Virus record (IMG/VR): IMGVR_UViG_3300043451_000089
Coordinates: 1 to 36,905 of that record
Source: a virus
Taxonomy: Duplodnaviria; Caudoviricetes
DNA length: 36,905 nt
Direction: 5' to 3' (one strand)
The notes beneath the pieces were generated by a model. The model did not search any database. It worked only from the letters and a program-made list of their open reading frames with translations, and had not been told where the DNA came from. Of this stretch, positions 26,158 to 33,604 are shown one piece after another. Every line of letters starts with the position of its first letter. The first letter of the stretch is position 1. Position numbers and translations under genes: made by a program.

Positions 26158-26452
26158 TTGGCTCGCTATTTAAATTTTCAATTTGTTTAGGTACATGATG
26201 TTCAATTACAACAAATGGTCTTGCCTGCATGGTTGAAGTGTCTACCATGAATATATTTTTTTTGCTGTGCTGAATTTCTTTTTGATCCATAATCCAAGTT
26301 GATATGTACCACGCATCATTATCAATTGGACGTATTACTTGCGACTTTGGCAATATGCAACTACTGCCATCATAGGCAGTAGCTTTATATGCTTTTTCAC
26401 TAATACTGGAGAGGTCTTTCAATTTGACCTTGTAGCATTTTATTAAAGCCAT
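26138..26452 (-). CDS. Hypothetical protein (104 aa) of the SNF2/ParB/PAPS module
   Basis: MALIKCYKVKLKDLSSISEKAYKA...LPKSQV...WYISTWI. Start moved to the ATG at 26452. Confidence 0.75.
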   Translation of the reverse strand: MALIKCYKVKLKDLSSISEKAYKATAYDGSSCILPKSQVIRPIDNDAWYISTWIMDQKEIQHSKKNIFMVDTSTMQARPFVVIEHHVPKQIENLNSEPNDELIR

Positions 26453-26613
26453 TTTGTAATTGCAATAGGTGCTGATGCAATTGGATAATATTTTGAGATC
26501 ATCCAGCAATTACCGCCTACCATTAAACATAATGCAACTTCATTACGAACAACGTGAGTTGATACTGTTCCTTTTTTTGCTACTGATAGCTTTTGATCTC
26601 TTGACATTTTCAT
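26443..26613 (-). CDS. 56-aa first early protein
   Basis: MKMSRDQKLSVAKKGTVSTHVVRNEVALCLMVGGNCWMISKYYPIASAPIAITKWL*; directly after promoter 26639-26671. Confidence 0.6.
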   Translation of the reverse strand: MKMSRDQKLSVAKKGTVSTHVVRNEVALCLMVGGNCWMISKYYPIASAPIAITKWL

Positions 26614-26638
26614 TTTGACTTTGTTTTTAATTGTTGAG

Positions 26639-26671
26639 CAAATATATAATAAGTTAATCTAATTACACAAA
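26639..26671 (-). promoter_or_regulatory. First early promoter with a palindromic operator (26647-26665)
   Basis: TTTGTG-[TAATTAGAT-T-AACTTATTA]-TATATTTG. Confidence 0.85.
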
Positions 26672-26733
26672 TAAAAATGAATCTTTTTTCAAATTATTTT
26701 TTAATGTGCTAAAAATCAAAGGTATATATAACC

Positions 26734-26758
26734 AAAAAACCCACTCGGTTGAGTGGGT
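26734..26758 (-). terminator. Rho-independent terminator ending the late operon and the sRNA
   Basis: ACCCACTC-AACC-GAGTGGGT-TTTTT. Confidence 0.92.
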
Positions 26759-26794
26759 CTCTCGGAAAAAGTCAAACCTATCAATAAAGATCGG
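26734..26794 (-). ncRNA. Putative trans-acting sRNA with anti-leader seed UAGGUUUGACUUUUU
   Basis: It has its own promoter (26799-26828) and terminator (26734-26758). The seed at 26780-26766 is complementary to AAGTCAA motifs at many start codons. Confidence 0.7.
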
Positions 26795-26798
26795 AGTT

Positions 26799-26828
26799 CA
26801 AATGTACTAAAATTCGCTCAATAAACAA
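26799..26828 (-). promoter_or_regulatory. Promoter of the putative sRNA
   Basis: TTG(26828-26826)-N19-TACATTTG(26806-26799), overlapping the end of the lysin gene. Confidence 0.75.
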
Positions 26829-27379
26829 TAGGTAACTGATTTTTGGCCCTTTGTTTTGTTGATGATCTGCTTGTACATCTCCAAATTGTTGGCTACTTGA
26901 CAGCCCAATGACCATCCTCCAATCAATGTTTTCACGCGCATGTCATTCATGTCGTATGTGTTCGGGTGGAAATTGATTCCGCACATCTCCAATGTTGCCG
27001 TGTTTTCGTCCACGGAATTGTCTTTATCTGCATCTCGGCATATTAGGAATGGCCTAACTTGTTTTAATGCCTCTACCTTGCCTTTATGCCATCCAAATTG
27101 CCACACATCATAGTACCACTCATTCGATTTTACATGGGCCGTTCCTTTCGCTCCGTACTTGTCGAACTCTTTTAACCCGTTTGCGCCTGCGTTGGTTGTT
27201 CCAGTGCAAACCAAAACGAACTTATCCCCATTCCACAAATAGAACTTGTCATCAAACGTATTGAATTGGTCCTCTTTGGAACGAATCCCAAGTAACCAAT
27301 AATCTTTTGGCAACGTCTTGAAGCTGGGTAATGATTTGACCCTATTCAATAACTCTTGATCAGTATAATTTTTGACCAT
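26807..27379 (-). CDS. Putative endolysin with a YkuD/L,D-transpeptidase-like catalytic motif
   Basis: Last gene of the lysis cassette; GINFHP...GGWSLGCQV resembles H-x(n)-S-x-G-C. Confidence 0.7.
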   Translation of the reverse strand: MVKNYTDQELLNRVKSLPSFKTLPKDYWLLGIRSKEDQFNTFDDKFYLWNGDKFVLVCTGTTNAGANGLKEFDKYGAKGTAHVKSNEWYYDVWQFGWHKGKVEALKQVRPFLICRDADKDNSVDENTATLEMCGINFHPNTYDMNDMRVKTLIGGWSLGCQVANNLEMYKQIINKTKGQKSVTYCLLSEF

Positions 27380-27671
27380 TCTTTTCCTTTTTACGATGGT
27401 TGTAAACTGAAATAATAATGAACAACGCGATTAATGCAGATACTACGATTCTCTCGCGGTCTTTCGTGTTGTTTTCGGCCTCCAATTCACGGGCCGTATT
27501 AAGCAACAAATCCATAATGACGGAATCTCGTTCGGCAATGAGCGCACTGTCTTGGATATGCTCGCTTTTGATATTGTCAATGACGTTTTCCACGCTATCA
27601 AGCCGAGTGGAATCTTGGCTGTGCAGGTTCGTGGCCACGAACAAAAATAGAAATACAATTATGCTCTTCAT
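27360..27671 (-). CDS. Secreted/membrane lysis-cassette protein (possible spanin-like)
   Basis: N-terminal signal peptide, helical middle and a C-terminal TM followed by basic residues. It has no lipobox Cys. Confidence 0.6.
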   Translation of the reverse strand: MKSIIVFLFLFVATNLHSQDSTRLDSVENVIDNIKSEHIQDSALIAERDSVIMDLLLNTARELEAENNTKDRERIVVSALIALFIIISVYNHRKKEKNGQKLY

Positions 27672-27982
27672 TTTTTCTTGATTTTGCTGCGTAAATAGTC
27701 CATGAAAATTGCGTAAACATCCCCAACAAATCTGTCCAAATAGGCTGTAATTTCATTGGCAACCCATCCGACTATGAATGAAATCAAAATGACAACCTTT
27801 GTCGGCATGTCTGCATAAAATATCTCAATCAATCCAGTGGTGGCATAGGTGAGAATACCTGCGATAACCATTCCCAAAAAAGTTGTCATAGCTGGGTATT
27901 TCTGTTTGATACCCTTTATCATTGCTCCGATCATCCCAAAAACGATACCGAGCAATCCTGCTACATCTTCAAAGTTCTTCAT
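27668..27982 (-). CDS. Holin
   Basis: 104 aa with three hydrophobic segments and a basic C-terminus RSKIKKK; upstream of the lysin. Confidence 0.75.
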   Translation of the reverse strand: MKNFEDVAGLLGIVFGMIGAMIKGIKQKYPAMTTFLGMVIAGILTYATTGLIEIFYADMPTKVVILISFIVGWVANEITAYLDRFVGDVYAIFMDYLRSKIKKK

Positions 27983-29499
27983 TTATAGTACGTGCGTTGG
28001 TTTTTAAATTTGTCTCCCAAAGTTACAGTCAGTTTTGCCAATCTGCTCCAATCGTAATACTCAATATTTGCACTTTCCTGCACGATAACTGGAATGTCTT
28101 GGTATCGGTACGAATGATTATGGTAGTTGTAATCGCTCAAAAATAATTGATTTTCGCTCAATAAAAAGACATCAGTAATTGGTTTGATGATACACTCATT
28201 CAATGGGTCGGTAATTACCTCATACGTATTAAGATTCTCGCGTATTACGCGGTTCATTTGTCTGTCTGAGTAGATTATATTGTCCGTCTCCATATTGGGT
28301 TGTCTACGCCCTGCAAATCCGTTGAAACGAATACATGATTCAACATTGGCACCAGTGAAATCAATTCCGTCCGCTTCATGGTAGCCGTTGAAAATTGCTC
28401 TGAGACGTGCTGTTCCCATCGCGTTTTCGACTGAATACGGCTTTAGGTCATAATGTCCCCATTCGATTGTTCCCGTCAATCCTGCTGTGTTATACTCGAT
28501 TCCGAGCTCGTAACAACCAAATCCAAACTCTTCTGAAACTGCGTACCAATCCACGGTGACATATATTGCCAATGGATCATTTGGCATTTGAATAGATGTC
28601 ATTCCATCATATACCAATTCAACTCCATCTTTGTAGATTTTGAACGAAACAATGTCGGTATTCAATGCCTTTTTGAACCACATTGATGCCTTATCTGTCT
28701 CCCATGTTTTCGTTGTGCGCGATGCAAGTACCAAATGTTTACAACAGCACTCTTGCGCGCCTCGGTTTTGCTCGGTGAATGATGCTGGTAATTTGAATGA
28801 GCTGAACTCCTTTTTTGTTCGGTCCTCAAAATATGTCGGGCATGCAATCAATGACGAATAAACCTCTTCAAAAAATGTTTCTAATTCACCTGGCAATGGT
28901 AGCTCATCCCAATCAGAATCAACGGGTAAATAGGTTTGCCCCAATCCCGTTACTGCATAACGATTACCACTCGATATTGTATCGATTATTGTGTATTCAT
29001 CGGTGCCAATTGAATATTGAATGATAATCATTTCCCCAACATCTGGATGTTCGAACGAAAACACGGGTCCAAATTGGAATGATGACACTGGTTTATAGTC
29101 GGCAAGTAATGGTTCTTGGTCCTTTCGCTTGGTCCATAATTCATAACCACAAATCAACTCAATATCTTCAATGATTTCAAAGTCCAAAAAACGGAACTCT
29201 AAATCTTCTGCAAATTGCCAATCTTCAAAAACTGAATATGGTAATTGTGTCGGGGATTGGTCCTCCAATAAACAAGTTGCAACAACTTCACTTGAACTAC
29301 AATTTCTAACTAACCATGCACCAGCACCACCCCAATACAAATAGTATGAATTCGGTCCATAATTGGTGTAGTCAAAAAGCAATCCCCACACTCCAAAAAC
29401 AAATCTTGGTGCATTATTCTCGTCCGCATCTTGCAGAACTCTGTGTGTCTGCAAAAACGTGGTGTCAGTATCGTATTTTATCTTTAGCGTTCTAAACAT
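27979..29499 (-). CDS. Minor tail/tail-tip protein
   Basis: 506 aa, acidic and beta-rich; last gene of the tail block. Confidence 0.65.
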   Translation of the reverse strand: MFRTLKIKYDTDTTFLQTHRVLQDADENNAPRFVFGVWGLLFDYTNYGPNSYYLYWGGAGAWLVRNCSSSEVVATCLLEDQSPTQLPYSVFEDWQFAEDLEFRFLDFEIIEDIELICGYELWTKRKDQEPLLADYKPVSSFQFGPVFSFEHPDVGEMIIIQYSIGTDEYTIIDTISSGNRYAVTGLGQTYLPVDSDWDELPLPGELETFFEEVYSSLIACPTYFEDRTKKEFSSFKLPASFTEQNRGAQECCCKHLVLASRTTKTWETDKASMWFKKALNTDIVSFKIYKDGVELVYDGMTSIQMPNDPLAIYVTVDWYAVSEEFGFGCYELGIEYNTAGLTGTIEWGHYDLKPYSVENAMGTARLRAIFNGYHEADGIDFTGANVESCIRFNGFAGRRQPNMETDNIIYSDRQMNRVIRENLNTYEVITDPLNECIIKPITDVFLLSENQLFLSDYNYHNHSYRYQDIPVIVQESANIEYYDWSRLAKLTVTLGDKFKNQRTYYK

Positions 29500-31705
29500 T
29501 GCCGTAAATTTTTGATGTGATTTTTACCCCGTTTGTGATGTCGATTTTACTTGTGTCGAGCAAACATCTCAATTGTGCCACGTTTTCGACCGGGAAAGAA
29601 ATCTCACATTTGGTTAGTCCTGCAATTGGGGTTAATGGGTTCGAAATATTGTTGTCAAAGTCGATTACCGTGGATGAAATCCAACGCGGTGATGATTGAG
29701 TAGGTTCAATCGTAATCATTCCCCAAATTTCATCTATTATCCACGCGCTACCATTATTGATGGCATGTGTAGTGACTATCTCTACAATCGTATTTTCTGG
29801 TAATGCCGTGATGACATTCGATTCTGGCAACGCTTCATTGAATGACGGGTAATACAATTTGACGTCGTTGTCAAGTAGAGGTTGTGAATCGTAGTCTTTT
29901 ATCTCCAAATTTTCATTGAATACGTACTGCAAATTGTCTTTGATCAACTCAATGTTCAATTGGAGTACCCATGAACCCGTTGTTCCGTATGGCAGCCAAT
30001 TTTTGTCCTTGTTTGGGTAGAAATCATTGTTAGCGTTCAACTGCTGTAACCATGTTTCCCACCGATACAAATAAGGTAACGCCAAACGAACCCCATAAAG
30101 GTTCGATGGATAGTCATCATAGGTCGAATCCAAGACCAACAACGCATTTCTTTTCGCGCTGGTAGTGGGTAAGGACGAAAACACGGATTGAGACAAGTTC
30201 AAAACGTGCCGACCTCCCACAATGGGAACACTCGCAATATCAAATACAACCGATTGTAAGGAGAAAAATTCATCCGTATCTAAATTATACGCCCGAACCT
30301 CGGCTGTTATGCTTGTCATTGCCTCTCCCAACACTGCCTGAAACCCTCCAACAAAACACAAATCATCCTCTATGTTTGCCGAAATTGAACTCAAACCCGC
30401 AGGAATCGTTTGTACGTTTTGCCCATGGTTCAATACCTTGGTTTCTACGAAATCAAATGGTCCTGCCACGGGTGGATTGCTCGTCAACTGACCATCAAAG
30501 ACAGTCAAATTCAAGTTTCCTACCTTGACCCAAATAACAAAACGTCTGTCACCTACTGCACGTGCAGCAAAGAAATTTTTGAACGCGGTGTTTCCATGGA
30601 GCTCAACATAAAATGTCTGTGTAGTTCCATCAACCGTTCTATTTAAAGTCAAGTTATACGCAGCCCCATTCACTCCATCTATTGATCTAGCTTGTGGATA
30701 AGCTACTACATATTCGGTCGGTCCCATGAACGCATAATCTTGCATCCCGAGTACCTTGTTTTTGTAGTACGTTTCATCGCTCGGAATATAACACGCCCCG
30801 AACCCAACGACATCAGATGCACTTTCAATTATTGCCGTACCTGTACTGGTCACATCGTATGCCATTTCTGAAATGGACTGAACCAACTCAGCATCTACAA
30901 TTCCTTGGTTAAATGCTTGGTTAAACCACCCAGTATCCGCATCATCATTAACGATTAGTTCCGTGTTTGAAAACGGCTCTCCAAAATATGACTGCCATTT
31001 TGATTTGGCATAGAATTTCAAGCAATCCGCGGTTGCAAAGTCCGATTCATCGTAGATACTCCACATGTAAAAAACGACAGAAACGCGGTACTGATACGCA
31101 TCTGTCATGCCCATTGGAGTAATATCCTGAATTTGACATGATTCAATCGCCCCTCCGCTTTTATTACCGATGATAATTCCATCTGCTGTACCTCCCGATG
31201 GCAAATCAAGTAGGTTAAAAAGCAATCGGTTGACTTCGCTGTCAATCAATGAAAATTCATTCCCATCTTGACCATTTGGAACAAGGTTCACATCTAAAAT
31301 CAATCCTTCGCGTTTTCGACCTGCAGAAGTATCAACTGAAATTTGAACTATCTGTCCATCTGTTTGATCGTACCAATGAGGAATGTCATCTACATACAAC
31401 GCCCCATCTGAAACAGAGGTGACAGTCACCAAATCATTGTAAATTAACGACCCCGTAGATGTGAAAACTTTGATTCTAACATCGTCTCCAAAACGGAATC
31501 CCTCGTCCTCAAACGAACCAGATGCCCAATAGATGATATTTTGAACGGGGTCATTGTATATGTAATTCGCATTACTGCTTTGAACCAAAATTGAAGATTG
31601 AAAATCAATCGTGGCTGTGATTTTATCTCCCGTATTCGCTCTCAAATATGACGTTACATCGCCATTCTGATTGTCAAATTGTTTATTGAGGACTATGACT
31701 GGCAT
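29492..31705 (-). CDS. Minor tail/baseplate protein
   Basis: 737 aa, acidic and beta-rich, downstream of the tape measure gene. Confidence 0.65.
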   Translation of the reverse strand: MPVIVLNKQFDNQNGDVTSYLRANTGDKITATIDFQSSILVQSSNANYIYNDPVQNIIYWASGSFEDEGFRFGDDVRIKVFTSTGSLIYNDLVTVTSVSDGALYVDDIPHWYDQTDGQIVQISVDTSAGRKREGLILDVNLVPNGQDGNEFSLIDSEVNRLLFNLLDLPSGGTADGIIIGNKSGGAIESCQIQDITPMGMTDAYQYRVSVVFYMWSIYDESDFATADCLKFYAKSKWQSYFGEPFSNTELIVNDDADTGWFNQAFNQGIVDAELVQSISEMAYDVTSTGTAIIESASDVVGFGACYIPSDETYYKNKVLGMQDYAFMGPTEYVVAYPQARSIDGVNGAAYNLTLNRTVDGTTQTFYVELHGNTAFKNFFAARAVGDRRFVIWVKVGNLNLTVFDGQLTSNPPVAGPFDFVETKVLNHGQNVQTIPAGLSSISANIEDDLCFVGGFQAVLGEAMTSITAEVRAYNLDTDEFFSLQSVVFDIASVPIVGGRHVLNLSQSVFSSLPTTSAKRNALLVLDSTYDDYPSNLYGVRLALPYLYRWETWLQQLNANNDFYPNKDKNWLPYGTTGSWVLQLNIELIKDNLQYVFNENLEIKDYDSQPLLDNDVKLYYPSFNEALPESNVITALPENTIVEIVTTHAINNGSAWIIDEIWGMITIEPTQSSPRWISSTVIDFDNNISNPLTPIAGLTKCEISFPVENVAQLRCLLDTSKIDITNGVKITSKIYGNV

Positions 31706-31889
31706 ACTTTTTCGCTAATTTATTTAACCCTGCTTCATCGTTCGCCTTGACTAATCGCTTAATCTCGGCCATGTCGCTAAGTAATTCCGTTTTTTTATCC
31801 GTCAATGATTCTGGCAATTTGCTCAATGCCTTTGCAAGCTCTTGTTGCATGACGTCAAATGACTTTTTTAACTGCTCAATCTGATTCAT
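31683..31889 (-). CDS. Small helical hypothetical protein
   Basis: 68 aa, coupled to the upstream gene by a TAATG overlap. Confidence 0.7.
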   Translation of the reverse strand: MNQIEQLKKSFDVMQQELAKALSKLPESLTDKKTELLSDMAEIKRLVKANDEAGLNKLAKKYASHSPQ

Positions 31890-33604
31890 TATCCGTTTAT
31901 TACACTCGTTTCTACGTGACCTACTGCATATCCGTTCGGCTCTTTGTAAGTTATCTTGGCAAAGGACCTCTCGTCCCAGAACTCAAAATTTACCACCTCA
32001 CAAATCACCCCATTCACCTCCACGTAGTTATTGTCCAACAAACTTAACGCATTTTCGAGCGAAATGATGTTCCGGACATTCGTTTTGACCTTTGCACCTT
32101 TCAAAGTAATCTTGTTTTTGTAGTGGTAATTGTTCCACAACGCCAACGCGCTACAATAGTTCGTGAAATTCTCTGGCTGTTTCCCATTGATTGTCCACAA
32201 TGATTTTGTGACCGAAAAAAACTGCTGTGAAATCATCATGCAATCCTTTCTACTTCCAATCTGTGACGAGAAATGGGTCGAGTTCCCGAAAATACCCGAC
32301 AATTTATCTACTAATTTGAAAGCCGTTTTTGCAACTTCCTCCGCCCATGTCAACTTTCCTTTTCGAGCTCCCAACGCAAAAGGAATGTTTACTTGATTGA
32401 GACCTTTGATTGACACTAAATCTGCGTTGACAACTGATGTCGGGTCGGTACTTATCTCGCAATCATGGTAGTCGTACATCTTGTCCATGGTATGCAGGTC
32501 GCTTTGGTCCAATGTGTACTTGATGTAGTACCTTTTCCAAACATCATCTGTGTTGAATGTCCATTGATCTTCTCGCGTTCCTTGCAATGCCAATGCAGGT
32601 GTGACATTCGTATTTGCCGTGTTTTGGAAGTAACCCTCAATCTCAAATCTTACCACTCCATTATTCACCTTTACTTCACCATTGAATTGTGTCTCCATGG
32701 CACGTAAAAATGAACCCAACGTAGGCACGGTATCTGATGCGCTCGGTACTTTCTTGTTAAATGGTTGATCAAATTCGTCTGGCAAGTAATCAAAAATTGA
32801 TTTTCTATTCCGAGTTAATGGAACGGGAACCAATGTCCACTCATTGTGAGCGGTCAAAAAATCACTTTTGAATGAGTAACCAAGTTGCGCACATGCTTTC
32901 TTTGCCAACTCCAAATATTTGACCCCGTTAATCTTTCTTTTAGGGGGGAATATTAGGACATAAAGCTTCGTGGCCATGGCAATCAATGCCGTCAAAAGAA
33001 GTCCAAAATAAATCGCCCTTGCGACTATCTTCATCGCCATCGCTATAATATCTCCAAGATCTTGAACAACAGCCGTACCGACAGATGGTGTAGTTGCCTG
33101 AATTATTTCTGTGATTGAAAAAATGAGCTCCTTTCCTTGGTCAATTACTTGCTCGGTCATCACATAGATTGTGACGTTCAACATAATTGCTGTTTCAATC
33201 TGATTATCGGCAATGATAAAGTAAGGTACTTCCACGGATTCGACCTCCATTCCCTTTTTCAACATCAACTCAAAACTGGTCCCGTCCGCCTTATCCCAAA
33301 AATCATCATATCCCTTTCTCTTTTTCAACTTCACCTCAACCTGGTTGTCTCGGAACGTGGGAGAATCGAGCAAATCCACGTAGTATTCAATCGCCACCCC
33401 TCCCATTTCTACTCGGTAAGGTATCCCCTCAAAGATTCCTGCTCCGTTCAAATGGTCCTTGACTATCTCATAAGCTTCATTGACCAAAACAACGGTATCC
33501 GTATTGATTTGTAACACATCTGGATTTCCACTGAAATCTGCCAATAGACCAATCTGATCATTGTTCCTTGGTGTTATTTGAATATCGTTTAGAAAATGCC
33601 TCAT
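31889..33604 (-). CDS. Tail hub/tip-like protein with an internal hydrophobic helical segment
   Basis: 571 aa directly after the tape measure gene. Confidence 0.65.
   Translation of the reverse strand: MRHFLNDIQITPRNNDQIGLLADFSGNPDVLQINTDTVVLVNEAYEIVKDHLNGAGIFEGIPYRVEMGGVAIEYYVDLLDSPTFRDNQVEVKLKKRKGYDDFWDKADGTSFELMLKKGMEVESVEVPYFIIADNQIETAIMLNVTIYVMTEQVIDQGKELIFSITEIIQATTPSVGTAVVQDLGDIIAMAMKIVARAIYFGLLLTALIAMATKLYVLIFPPKRKINGVKYLELAKKACAQLGYSFKSDFLTAHNEWTLVPVPLTRNRKSIFDYLPDEFDQPFNKKVPSASDTVPTLGSFLRAMETQFNGEVKVNNGVVRFEIEGYFQNTANTNVTPALALQGTREDQWTFNTDDVWKRYYIKYTLDQSDLHTMDKMYDYHDCEISTDPTSVVNADLVSIKGLNQVNIPFALGARKGKLTWAEEVAKTAFKLVDKLSGIFGNSTHFSSQIGSRKDCMMISQQFFSVTKSLWTINGKQPENFTNYCSALALWNNYHYKNKITLKGAKVKTNVRNIISLENALSLLDNNYVEVNGVICEVVNFEFWDERSFAKITYKEPNGYAVGHVETSVING

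Noticed and set aside
28800-29499. Tandem duplicated domains at the N-terminus of the 506-aa tail protein
   Set aside because: The similarity (F.FG...LP....W) is too weak to support without a profile alignment.
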